Source: a virus (taxonomy: Duplodnaviria > Caudoviricetes). From it: 34,768 bases of DNA. Under the pieces are notes generated by a model. That model was not told the DNA's origin, did not search any database, and saw nothing but the letters and a program-made list of their open reading frames with translations. The position numbers were made by a program, and so were the translations under genes. Location: positions 1 through 34,768 of IMG/VR virus record IMGVR_UViG_3300033153_000622. One strand, 5' to 3'. This document shows positions 13,762-23,220 of the stretch, in pieces (within the stretch, counting starts at the first letter, position 1; the number at the start of each line of letters is the position of its first letter).

Positions 13762-15985
13762 TTTACATAAAGAAATAAAAAACTTTATACCTAAGTCTGT
13801 TATTACTAATAAAAACAGGGCTAAAACTTGGCTATATGGATATAACGAAAAATATGATATAGTAGTAATTTCTCGTAATGGAACATTAGGTAAAGTAATA
13901 GATATTAATGGATTAAAAATAGGATTACCTAAAGAACCTAAAAAAGTTTATTCCAGATCTAAACAAAAGGAAGAACAATATTGGGAGCCTACTTTAATTT
14001 CAAGACAGTTAAGTAGAATTAAATCTATATTTCAGTGGCATGAAACTCCTGATGCTTTTAAATCACAATGGGTAGATTACATAGAAGAAGAATTTAATAG
14101 AAGAGAAGAGGGTTACTGGTTTATGAATAATGGCACTCCTACTTATATAACAGGAACTCATTATATGTATTTACAGTGGACCAAAATAGATGTAGGTAAT
14201 CCTGACTTTAGAGAAGCTAATAGAATCTTTTATATATTTTGGGAGGCTTGCAAGGCAGATAAAAGAAGTTTTGGAATGTGTTATCTAAAAATTAGACGTT
14301 CAGGATTCTCTTTTATGAGTTCATGTGAAGGTGTTAATCAAGCAACTATAACTAAAGATGCTCGTATTGGAATACTTTCTAAAACAGGTTCGGATGCTAA
14401 AAAAATGTTTACTGATAAGGTTGTTCCAATATCCAATAACTACCCTTTCTTTTTCAAGCCCATACAAGATGGTATGGATAAACCTAAAACTGAATTAGCT
14501 TATAGAGTGCCTGCATCTAAGATTACAAAAAAGAATATGCATACTTTAGCGGATGAAGAGTTAGAAGGTTTAGATACAACTATTGACTGGAAGAATACGG
14601 GTGACAATAGTTATGATGGAGAAAAGCTACAACTTCTTTTACATGATGAAAGCGGTAAGTGGGAAAAGCCTGATAACATATTGAATAACTGGCGAGTAAC
14701 TAAAACCTGTTTGCGATTAGGTAGTAAGGTAATAGGTAAGTGTATGATGGGATCTACATCTAATGCTTTAGATAAGGGAGGTAGTAATTTTAAATCTCTT
14801 TATGAAGATTCTATACCCAGCAAAAGAAATGCGAATGGACAAACTAAATCAGGTTTATATTGTTTGTTTATACCTATGGAGTGGAACTTTGAAGGTTATA
14901 TAGATAGATATGGAATGCCTGTATTTAAAACTCCTATCAAACCAGTTGTAGGTATAGATGGAGAAGACATTAAAGTGGGGGCTATAAATTATTGGGAAAA
15001 TGAAGTAGACTCTTTATCTCATGATCCTGATGCGTTAAATGAATTTTATCGTCAATTTCCAAGAAGTGAATCGCATGCGTTTAGAGATGAGAGTAAACAA
15101 TCTATATTTAACTTAACTAAGATTTATCAACAAATTGATTATAATGATTCTCTGATAATGGATCATCATTTGACACGAGGATCATTTTCCTGGGAAAACG
15201 GAATAAAAGATTCTAAAGTAATTTGGAGTCCTAATAATAGGGGTAGGTTTTTAGTTAGTTGGACTCCTCCTAAACATTTACAAAATAAGATTGTGATAGA
15301 GCGAGGAATAAAAAAACCTGGCAACGAACACATCGGTTCATTTGGATGTGACTCTTATGATATATCTGGAGTAGTAGTGGGTAAAGGCTCTAATGGAGCC
15401 CTGCATGGTATGACGAAGTTTAGTATGGAAGAAGCTCCAAGTAACGAGTTTTTTTTAGAATATATAGCAAGACCTCAAACTGCGGAGATATTTTTTGAAG
15501 AAGTTCTAATGGCCTGTGTATTTTATGGGATGCCTATACTTTGTGAAAATAATAAGCCTCGTTTATTATATCATTTTAAAAATAGAGGATATAGAGGTTT
15601 CTCCTTAAACAGACCAGATAAAACTTATAATAAATTATCTAAAACAGAAAGGGAGTTAGGGGGTATTCCTAATACATCTGAAGACGTAAAACAGTCTCAC
15701 GCTTCCGCAATAGAATCTTATATTGAGAAGCATGTAGGTATAGATTTTAATGGTGATTATAGGGATGCAGGAGATATGGGTGTTATGCATTTTGGTAGAA
15801 CGTTAGAGGATTGGGCTAAGTTTGATATTAGTAATAGAACAAAGTTTGATGCTGCTATTAGTTCTGGATTAGCTATTATGGCTAACCAAAAACACTTATA
15901 CACACCATCTAAACAAAAATCAAAAATAAGTATTAACTTTGCAAGATATAATAATACCAGCAATAAAAGTCAAATAATTAGATGA
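13739..15985 (+). CDS. terL: terminase large subunit
   Basis: KIRRSGFS (Walker A-like), LLLHDESGK (Walker B), GST motif, FGCDSYD nuclease Asp; TTG start uncertain. Confidence 0.92.
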   Translation: MRNQDQNNLHKEIKNFIPKSVITNKNRAKTWLYGYNEKYDIVVISRNGTLGKVIDINGLKIGLPKEPKKVYSRSKQKEEQYWEPTLISRQLSRIKSIFQWHETPDAFKSQWVDYIEEEFNRREEGYWFMNNGTPTYITGTHYMYLQWTKIDVGNPDFREANRIFYIFWEACKADKRSFGMCYLKIRRSGFSFMSSCEGVNQATITKDARIGILSKTGSDAKKMFTDKVVPISNNYPFFFKPIQDGMDKPKTELAYRVPASKITKKNMHTLADEELEGLDTTIDWKNTGDNSYDGEKLQLLLHDESGKWEKPDNILNNWRVTKTCLRLGSKVIGKCMMGSTSNALDKGGSNFKSLYEDSIPSKRNANGQTKSGLYCLFIPMEWNFEGYIDRYGMPVFKTPIKPVVGIDGEDIKVGAINYWENEVDSLSHDPDALNEFYRQFPRSESHAFRDESKQSIFNLTKIYQQIDYNDSLIMDHHLTRGSFSWENGIKDSKVIWSPNNRGRFLVSWTPPKHLQNKIVIERGIKKPGNEHIGSFGCDSYDISGVVVGKGSNGALHGMTKFSMEEAPSNEFFLEYIARPQTAEIFFEEVLMACVFYGMPILCENNKPRLLYHFKNRGYRGFSLNRPDKTYNKLSKTERELGGIPNTSEDVKQSHASAIESYIEKHVGIDFNGDYRDAGDMGVMHFGRTLEDWAKFDISNRTKFDAAISSGLAIMANQKHLYTPSKQKSKISINFARYNNTSNKSQIIR
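15934..15941 (+). promoter_or_regulatory. internal -7 promoter for portal, inside terL 3' end
   Basis: TAACTTTG within AGTATTAACTTTG, identical to 18442-18454. Confidence 0.6.
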
Positions 15986-18417
15986 AAGACGTAAAGATAC
16001 AGGTAAACTCTGCTGCGTTCCCAGATCAATTTGCCACCGATAGACAAAAAGCTTCAGATGAATTCGGTTTACAAGTTGGTCAGGCAATTCAATATGAGTG
16101 GTTCAGAAAAGATGGAATGAGGTGTAGGTTCTATAATCAATGGGGAGAATTCCATAGATTAAGATTGTATGCTCGAGGAGAACAATCCATAGGTAAATAT
16201 AAAAATGAATTAGCAATAGATGGGGATTTATCATATCTAAATTTAGATTGGACTCCAGTTCCTGTTATCCCTAAATTTGTAGACATTGTAGTTAACGGAA
16301 TGTCGGACAGGTTATTTAAAGTAAACTGTATTGCTATGGATGCATTGTCAGCCGAAAAAAGAAATACATTTCAAGATACAGTAGAAAGAAATGTAGTATC
16401 CGCTGATATATACAGGCAAGTTGAAAAAGAATTTGGAGTTCAAATGTTTGAAGTAGACCCGGAGACATTACCTGAGACTGATGCGGAGATGGAGTTGTAT
16501 ATGCAATTAAACTATAAACCTGCCATTGAAATCGCAAATGAAACTGCTATTAACACAATGTTAGAAGAAAGTCATTATGTAGACACTCGTAAAAGGGTTG
16601 ATTATGATATTGCCACTTTAGGTGTTGGAATGTGCAAGCATATGTTTCAATTAGGAGATGGTATAAGAGTAGAGTATGTAGACCCTGCTAATGTAGTTTA
16701 TAGTTATACTGAAGATCCTTATTTTAAAGATTGTTTCTATTGGGGTGAGATTAAAACTTTACCTATAGCTGAATTAGTAAAGATAGATCCTAAGATTACC
16801 AACGAACAAATGGAAGAAATTTCTAAATACAGTCAGTCTTGGTATGATTACTATAATGTAGCACAGATGTATGAGAACAGTATGTTTTCAAGAGACACCT
16901 GTACTTTATTATATTTTAATTATAAAACCACCAACAGTTTTGTTTATAAGAAAAAACAAACTGCCGAAGGAACATTTAAGACAGTAGAAAAAGATGATGA
17001 GTTTAATCCTCCACAGGAAATGATGGATGAGGGGAACTTTGAAAAAGTAGAAAAAAGAATTGATGTGTGGTATGAAGGTGTAATGGTAATGGGGACTAAT
17101 ATTATTCTGAAATGGGAGATGATGGAAAATATGGTTAGACCTAATTCGGCTAATCAATATGCTTACCCTAACTATGTTGCTTGTGCTCCAAGAATGTATA
17201 AAGGAGTATTAGAATCTTTAGTAAGAAGAATGATTCCTTTTGCCGATTTAATTCAATTAACACATTTAAAAATTCAACAAGTAGTTTCTAAAGTGGTTCC
17301 TGATGGAGTATTTATTGATGCGGATGGATTGAGTGAGGTTGATTTAGGAACAGGAGCTGCATATAATCCTGAAGATGCTTTACGATTATATTTCCAAACT
17401 GGTAGTGTGGTGGGGAGGTCTTACACCCAAGATGGAGAATTTAATAATGCCAGACAGCCTATTAGTCAGTTAACATCCAGTAGTGGTCAAAGCAAAATGC
17501 AAATGTTAATTGGAAACTATAATCATTATTTAAACATGATAAGGCAGGTGACAGGATTAAATGAAGCCCGAGATGCTTCTACTCCAGATCCTAATTCTTT
17601 AGTTGGTGTTCAAAAATTAGCAGCATTAAATTCTAATGTAGCAACTCGACATATATTAAAAGCAAGTTTATATATAACTCAAAGATTAGCTGAATGCTTA
17701 TCTATTAGAACCGCAGATGTATTACAGTATTCAGATTTCCGAGATGAATTTGCAATGCAAATTGGTAAATATAATTTAGGTATATTAGAAGAAATATCAA
17801 ATCTGTATTTATATGACTTTGGTATATTTATAGAAATGACTCCTGATGAGGAAGAAAAGGCTCAGCTGGAACAAAATATACAGATGGCTTTACAAAGTGG
17901 TGGTATTGATTTAGAAGATGCTATTGATATTAGAACTATTAATAATTTAAAATTAGCTAATCAATTACTTAAAGTAAAACGTAAACAAACAGAAAAGCTA
18001 AAGCAACAACAAGCTCAACAAGCTCAAGCGATGCAGGGTCAACAGCAGCAGCAGTTGCAGCAAATGAAGGCACAGGCTGACATGCAAAAGTCCCAACAAG
18101 AAATGCAGTCTAAAATTCAAATTAAACAAGCTGAGATTGCTTTTGAAATAGAAAAACAAAAAAACGAGGCAGAATTAAAGCGTAGACTGATGGATGTGGA
18201 GTTTAATTACAATATGCAAATAAAGGGTATGGAGCAGAAACAGATAGATACTCGTGAACAAAAGAAAGAAGAAGGTAAGTCTCAGCGAATTGCGGAAGCA
18301 AATTCTCAACAGTCTAAATTAATTCAACAAAGAAAAAATAATTTACCGCCTGTAAGTTTTGAATCTAATGAAGATAGTTTAGATGGATTTGATTTAGCAG
18401 AATTTAATCCACGATAA
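15982..18417 (+). CDS. portal protein
   Basis: 811 aa between terL and scaffold; IPKFVDIVVNG; long Gln-rich C-terminal helix like podoviral portal barrels. Confidence 0.88.
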   Translation: MKDVKIQVNSAAFPDQFATDRQKASDEFGLQVGQAIQYEWFRKDGMRCRFYNQWGEFHRLRLYARGEQSIGKYKNELAIDGDLSYLNLDWTPVPVIPKFVDIVVNGMSDRLFKVNCIAMDALSAEKRNTFQDTVERNVVSADIYRQVEKEFGVQMFEVDPETLPETDAEMELYMQLNYKPAIEIANETAINTMLEESHYVDTRKRVDYDIATLGVGMCKHMFQLGDGIRVEYVDPANVVYSYTEDPYFKDCFYWGEIKTLPIAELVKIDPKITNEQMEEISKYSQSWYDYYNVAQMYENSMFSRDTCTLLYFNYKTTNSFVYKKKQTAEGTFKTVEKDDEFNPPQEMMDEGNFEKVEKRIDVWYEGVMVMGTNIILKWEMMENMVRPNSANQYAYPNYVACAPRMYKGVLESLVRRMIPFADLIQLTHLKIQQVVSKVVPDGVFIDADGLSEVDLGTGAAYNPEDALRLYFQTGSVVGRSYTQDGEFNNARQPISQLTSSSGQSKMQMLIGNYNHYLNMIRQVTGLNEARDASTPDPNSLVGVQKLAALNSNVATRHILKASLYITQRLAECLSIRTADVLQYSDFRDEFAMQIGKYNLGILEEISNLYLYDFGIFIEMTPDEEEKAQLEQNIQMALQSGGIDLEDAIDIRTINNLKLANQLLKVKRKQTEKLKQQQAQQAQAMQGQQQQQLQQMKAQADMQKSQQEMQSKIQIKQAEIAFEIEKQKNEAELKRRLMDVEFNYNMQIKGMEQKQIDTREQKKEEGKSQRIAEANSQQSKLIQQRKNNLPPVSFESNEDSLDGFDLAEFNPR

Positions 18418-18446
18418 TTTGCTTAAAAATATAATAAAATTAGTAT

Positions 18447-18454
18447 TAACTTTG
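18447..18454 (+). promoter_or_regulatory. -7 promoter element for scaffold-capsid
   Basis: TAACTTTG, ATG at 18478. Confidence 0.7.
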
Positions 18455-18477
18455 TAACCTAAATTAAATTAAATAAA

Positions 18478-19638
18478 ATGGAAGAAAATAAATTTGTCGT
18501 AAAAGACGTAAGCGGTGTTGAAAAATCCAAAGTAGAAATAGAAGAAAAATTACTTAAAGAGCATGAAGAAAAATTTGAAGCTCCAGAAAGTAAACCTAAC
18601 GTGGAACGAGTGGATACAAGCACTGCGAGTACCGACACCAATTCGAAACAAGAAGAAGTACAACAGGAAGGAGAAACACAAAAAGAAACTACCGCATCAG
18701 AGTTAAATGATGCAGACGTTCTTTCTTATATTAAAAATAGATACGATAAAGACATTGAATCGGTAGATCAGTTGTTTGATGCTAAGGAATCAAATGAAGA
18801 ATTACCAGAAGATGTTGCAGCGTATTTTAAATACAAAAAGGAAACTGGACGTGGAATCAGAGATTTTGTTGAATTACAAAAAAACTTTGATGAAATGGAC
18901 GGAGACCAAGTGCTAAAGGCTTACTATTCTAAAACTGAAGAAGGTTTAGATATAGAGGATATTGAAGATATCATGGAAGATAAATTTTCGTATGATGAAG
19001 ATTTAGATGACGCTAAAGATATTAAGAAAAAGCAATTAGCTAAAAAAAGAGAACTTGTAAAAGCTAAAAAGTTTTTAAATGAACAAAAAGATAAATATAA
19101 AGCTCCTCTTGAGTCAAGTGGGGGTGGATTATCTAAAGAGTCCATGGAAGAATTTGATAGCTATAAAAGTTATGTAGAGGAATCTAACAATGCTAAAGAA
19201 GCACAGAAGAAAAGGTACGACTATTTTCTTAATAAAACCAATGAGGTTTTTAACGATGAGTTCAAAGGTTTTGAGTTCAAAATCGGAGAGAAAAGTTTTA
19301 CATTTAAACCTGGAGATAGAGAGGAGTTAAAAAGTAAACAATCTAATGTAAACACCTTTGTTGAGAAATATATGGACAAAGAAAGTGGATTGATGAACGA
19401 CCCTCAAGGATATCACAAAGCTATAGCAGTTGCCATGAATCTTGACAAGTTTGCTGAATTCTTTTATAATCAAGGAATGACCGAAGCTGTAGATAATGTT
19501 TCTAAAAAATCAAAAAACATTAATATGGAAATGAGGAACACTCCACAAAGTTTCAGTAAAGATGGACTTAAGATTAGAAGTATGGGTGACCAAAGCAGTG
19601 GAAGAGGACTCAAAATTAGAAGTATAAAAAAATTATAA
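18478..19638 (+). CDS. capsid scaffolding/assembly protein
   Basis: Acidic, helical, between portal and capsid; basic C-terminus. Confidence 0.7.
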   Translation: MEENKFVVKDVSGVEKSKVEIEEKLLKEHEEKFEAPESKPNVERVDTSTASTDTNSKQEEVQQEGETQKETTASELNDADVLSYIKNRYDKDIESVDQLFDAKESNEELPEDVAAYFKYKKETGRGIRDFVELQKNFDEMDGDQVLKAYYSKTEEGLDIEDIEDIMEDKFSYDEDLDDAKDIKKKQLAKKRELVKAKKFLNEQKDKYKAPLESSGGGLSKESMEEFDSYKSYVEESNNAKEAQKKRYDYFLNKTNEVFNDEFKGFEFKIGEKSFTFKPGDREELKSKQSNVNTFVEKYMDKESGLMNDPQGYHKAIAVAMNLDKFAEFFYNQGMTEAVDNVSKKSKNINMEMRNTPQSFSKDGLKIRSMGDQSSGRGLKIRSIKKL

Positions 19639-19658
19639 ACTAAAAAAATTAAAAAATT

Positions 19659-21095
19659 ATGTCAGTATTAGCAACACCAGGCTTTGACTTGCAGCCAAGT
19701 GCACAGCAAGTAGCAGTAGCCTCAAATTACATTACTAACTTTGATTTTCTTAATCAGTATCTTCCAGATACATATGAGAAAGAATTTGAAAGATATGGTA
19801 ATAGAACAGTAGCATCATTCTTAAGAATGGTTGGTGCTGAAATGCCTTCTAACTCAGACCTTATAAAATGGGCTGAACAAGGAAGGTTACACACTAAATA
19901 TACAGCGTGTACGTCTGCAGCAGCAGCAGCAGCGACAACAGCGGTATGGACTATTCCTGGAGCTCAAGTTACTCCTGCATCTCCACCAGCTTCATCTGCA
20001 CCAACAGGTGGTTTTGTGGCAATCAGAGTAGGTCAAACTCTAATGATCTCTGATGAGACAGCAGGTTCAACTTTAAGTAATAAAGCGATTGTAACAAATG
20101 TTAATTCAGGAGCTAACACAGTAACTGTAGCTTATTATGATGCAGGTGGTCAGACAATGGCGGCAGGTGTAAACTGTAGTATATTTATTTATGGATCTGA
20201 ATTCAGAAAAGGAACTGCTGGAATGCAAGGTTCTTTAGAAGCTCAAGACTTTATCTTTGACAACAATCCAATTATCATTAAGGACACTTACGAAGTAAAT
20301 GGTTCGGACATGGCTCAAATTGGTTGGGTTGAGATTTCAACTGAAAACGGTGGTTCAGGCTACCTTTGGTATATGAAGTCAGAGCACGAAACAAGACTTC
20401 GTTTTGAAGACTATCTTGAAACTGCAATGGTTGAAGCAATGCCTGCTGATGTAGCTGGTGCTGGTTCTGGTGCAGCTACAGCTGGATTCGAAGGTTCTCA
20501 AGGAGTATTCTACGTAGTTAATAACCGAGGAAATGTATGGAGTGGTGGTAACCCAGTTGCTCTTGCAGGTTTCGATGCAGTAATCCAAAGATTAGATAAG
20601 CAAGGTTCTATTGAAGAAAATGTTATTTTCGTAAATAGAGATTTCTCATTTGATATTGACGATATGTTAGCAGCACAAAACTCTTACGGAGCTGGTGGTA
20701 CTTCATATGGTTTATTTGATAATGATGAGGAAATGGCTTTAAACTTAGGCTTTACAGGTTTCCGTAGAGGTTATGATTTCTACAAGTCAGACTGGAAATA
20801 CTTAAACGATCCTACAATGAGAGGTGGTTTAACAGGTGGTAAAATCAATGGACTTATGGTTCCAGCTGGTTCTACAACTGTATATGACCAAATCTTAGGT
20901 AAGAACGCTAAGCGTCCATTCTTACACGTTAGATACAGAGCTTCAGAAACTGAAGACAGACGTTACAAAACTTGGATCACTGGTTCAGCTGGTGGAGCAA
21001 GAACGTCTGATGTAGACAAGATGCAAGTTAACTTCTTATCTGAAAGAGCTTGTTGTACTTTAGGTGCAAACAACTTCTTCTTATTCCAAGATTAA
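19659..21095 (+). CDS. major capsid protein
   Basis: 478 aa, position after scaffold, visibly biased codons (TTC, AAC, GGT, GCT), strong terminator behind. Confidence 0.88.
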   Translation: MSVLATPGFDLQPSAQQVAVASNYITNFDFLNQYLPDTYEKEFERYGNRTVASFLRMVGAEMPSNSDLIKWAEQGRLHTKYTACTSAAAAAATTAVWTIPGAQVTPASPPASSAPTGGFVAIRVGQTLMISDETAGSTLSNKAIVTNVNSGANTVTVAYYDAGGQTMAAGVNCSIFIYGSEFRKGTAGMQGSLEAQDFIFDNNPIIIKDTYEVNGSDMAQIGWVEISTENGGSGYLWYMKSEHETRLRFEDYLETAMVEAMPADVAGAGSGAATAGFEGSQGVFYVVNNRGNVWSGGNPVALAGFDAVIQRLDKQGSIEENVIFVNRDFSFDIDDMLAAQNSYGAGGTSYGLFDNDEEMALNLGFTGFRRGYDFYKSDWKYLNDPTMRGGLTGGKINGLMVPAGSTTVYDQILGKNAKRPFLHVRYRASETEDRRYKTWITGSAGGARTSDVDKMQVNFLSERACCTLGANNFFLFQD

Positions 21096-21111
21096 TAAGT
21101 ATCATTAATTT

Positions 21112-21142
21112 AGGGGAGGATTAACCTCCTCCCCTTTTTTTT
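21112..21142 (+). terminator. intrinsic terminator after capsid gene
   Basis: AGGGGAGGA-TTAACC-TCCTCCCCT plus T-run. Confidence 0.9.
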
Positions 21143-21164
21143 AACTTTAATTAAATTATATAAA

Positions 21165-21959
21165 ATGAAAAAACAAAACAAAGCTGTTGCTAAACAGTAC
21201 CGATTAAAAAGAGAGATAGCTCCTTTATGTTTTATGCTATCTTCTCACCACAACAAAAGAACCCCATTACTTTATTTTGATGAAGACAAAGGTGTAAACC
21301 GAGCTTTGCGTTATGCAAGAAATCAAAAAAGTCCTTTTGAAGATGAACAAGATGGAAATGCAATTATGGAACCTATTGTTTTTGAAGATGGATTCTTATC
21401 AGTAGATAGGGGTAACCAGGTGCTTCAAGAATTTTTATATTACCATCCACAAAATGGTCATGTGTTTGAGGAGATTAATAAAGCACAAGATGCTGCTGAA
21501 GAATTAGAAATAGAAGAAATAATTTTAGATGCTCAAATATTAGCAAAAGAATTAGACCTTTCTACTCTTGAGAGTTTATCCAGAGTTTTATTTGGAGCAC
21601 AAGCAGATAAAAGAAGTACAGCAGAACTGCGAAGAGACATGTTAGTGTTTTCTCGTAATAACCCCGCTGATTTTATTGATATGTTAAATGACCCTTCACT
21701 TCAAGTGTATGATGATGTTGCTCAATTTTTTGGATCTCACTTGTTAATAGTTAAAAACAAAAATAGAGATGTGTACTTTAACTTAGCTACTAATAAAACT
21801 AAAATGTTAACTGTTCCTTTTGGAGAAGACCATAGAGATATTGTGTCTTCTTATATGCAAACTGATGAAGGAGTAGAAACATATAAGCTTTTAAATAAAA
21901 TGCTAAAAGGAGGTACTAAGAAACCTTCTAAAAAGAAAGTCCAAAAGATTGAAGAGTAA
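21165..21959 (+). CDS. hypothetical 264-aa protein following the capsid gene
   Basis: Long ORF with ATG and A-rich leader. Confidence 0.85.
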   Translation: MKKQNKAVAKQYRLKREIAPLCFMLSSHHNKRTPLLYFDEDKGVNRALRYARNQKSPFEDEQDGNAIMEPIVFEDGFLSVDRGNQVLQEFLYYHPQNGHVFEEINKAQDAAEELEIEEIILDAQILAKELDLSTLESLSRVLFGAQADKRSTAELRRDMLVFSRNNPADFIDMLNDPSLQVYDDVAQFFGSHLLIVKNKNRDVYFNLATNKTKMLTVPFGEDHRDIVSSYMQTDEGVETYKLLNKMLKGGTKKPSKKKVQKIEE

Positions 21960-21966
21960 TAAAGAG

Positions 21967-21993
21967 AGCACCTTAAATAGGTGCTTTTTTTTT
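21967..21993 (+). terminator. intrinsic terminator
   Basis: AGCACCT-TAAAT-AGGTGCT plus T-run. Confidence 0.88.
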
Positions 21994-21996
21994 ATC

Positions 21997-22004
21997 TATC
22001 TTTG
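21997..22004 (+). promoter_or_regulatory. -7 promoter element
   Basis: TATCTTTG, ATG at 22035. Confidence 0.75.
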
Positions 22005-22034
22005 CACTTTATTAACCCATTAAAATTATTAATT

Positions 22035-22328
22035 ATGGACAAATTTTTAGACACTCCTGTAACGGGAGAAACGGACATGCTTGTAAGCTGTTCAGATGTG
22101 ATTGCTGTAACTATTGGAGATCCAGCAGGAGCAAACGCAACAACCAAAACCACTATTACTTACAATAGTGCTAACACAGTAACGATGACTCATGCTACGG
22201 TATCTACTGCTTTAGAAATGAGAGATTCAATACAAAACGCTATGGAAGAAGCTTTAAAAACTTCTTGGACGGATGTTGCATTTGCATACGTACCAGCTAA
22301 AGCGGTTAGTGCAATAGCAGTAGCCTAA
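22035..22328 (+). CDS. 97-aa putative virion/decoration protein (start revised to MDKFLDTPV)
   Basis: The track's GTG start lies inside the terminator; ATG at 22035 has an A/T-rich leader. Confidence 0.75.
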   Translation: MDKFLDTPVTGETDMLVSCSDVIAVTIGDPAGANATTKTTITYNSANTVTMTHATVSTALEMRDSIQNAMEEALKTSWTDVAFAYVPAKAVSAIAVA

Positions 22329-22333
22329 GTAAG

Positions 22334-23134
22334 ATGTATAGATATATTAATTTACCCGTACAAATGTATGCAAGTTCTACAGCAGGAAATGCAGCTCCTG
22401 TAGATTTTGGTACAACTGATGCGGCAACTGAAGGAAAGCTAACGGATAGTAGTGAGACATTTATAACTGCAGGAGTAGCTGTTGGAGATTATGCTGTTAT
22501 TACTACAGGTATTGCTGGGTATCCAGTAAGAACTTGGTCAAAAATAACAGCAGTAGATAGTGAAACTGTATTAAGTATTAGTGGTGCTGGAAATCCTGCT
22601 ACAGGTACAGCAGGTTTATCTGCTTCAGGTACAGCTTATAATATTATAGCAGCGGCTAATCTTTCTAAATGCGTTTTAGCAGGAGCTAAGTTTACAGAAG
22701 ATGTGCAGGCGGGAGACGTAGTGTGTAATACAACTACTAATCTTAACTACACTGTAGCTTCGGTAACTAACGATACTACTCTTATTTTATCAGGAGAGAA
22801 TTTTGGAATCCTAAAATCAGATGGCTTTTTTATCTTGAGTGATAGAGGTTCTCAAGGGGCTACAAAAGTAAGATTAGATAATGCTACTGAAATTAGAGGT
22901 AATGCTTCTGATGGAGAGGTTACTATTCATTACAAAAAAGTAGGATCTACCAATGATAAGTTAGCTATTAGCATGGGAGACACTGTAACGGATGATGCTT
23001 ACTTTATTAAGTTTAAAGAAGTAGCGTTAGAAGTTATGAAGTCTAAATGGACTACTAATTCTGAAACGATGCCTTTAATAGTATCAAGCGGTACTCAAGG
23101 TATTCAGTGGGCAGGTACTTTTACTTGGTCATAG
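22334..23134 (+). CDS. putative virion protein, likely paralog of previous gene with two inserted beta-domains
   Basis: MYRYINLPV vs MDKFLDTPV; LEVMKSKWT vs EEALKTSWT; two F...GD...V.S/N.T.L repeats. Confidence 0.7.
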   Translation: MYRYINLPVQMYASSTAGNAAPVDFGTTDAATEGKLTDSSETFITAGVAVGDYAVITTGIAGYPVRTWSKITAVDSETVLSISGAGNPATGTAGLSASGTAYNIIAAANLSKCVLAGAKFTEDVQAGDVVCNTTTNLNYTVASVTNDTTLILSGENFGILKSDGFFILSDRGSQGATKVRLDNATEIRGNASDGEVTIHYKKVGSTNDKLAISMGDTVTDDAYFIKFKEVALEVMKSKWTTNSETMPLIVSSGTQGIQWAGTFTWS

Positions 23135-23155
23135 AGTATTAATTTACATTTTAAA

Positions 23156-23192
23156 AGAGAGGTTTACAAAAAAAGTAGACCTCTTTTTTTTT
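23156..23192 (+). terminator. intrinsic terminator
   Basis: AGAGGTTTAC-A7-GTAGACCTCT plus T-run. Confidence 0.85.
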
Positions 23193-23194
23193 CT

Positions 23195-23202
23195 TATCTT
23201 TG
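23195..23202 (+). promoter_or_regulatory. -7 promoter element for tail genes
   Basis: TATCTTTG, ATG at 23221. Confidence 0.75.
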
Positions 23203-23220
23203 TAAAAATCTTTATAAAGA

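Noticed and set aside
18001-18110. CAA/CAG repeats in the portal gene
   Set aside because: Ordinary Gln-rich coding helix
20252-20259. TATCTTTG inside the capsid gene
   Set aside because: Followed by A rather than C/T, mid-gene, no downstream gene start; likely chance
21981-22034. GTG-start N-terminal extension
   Set aside because: Spans the terminator and promoter; ATG at 22035 fits better
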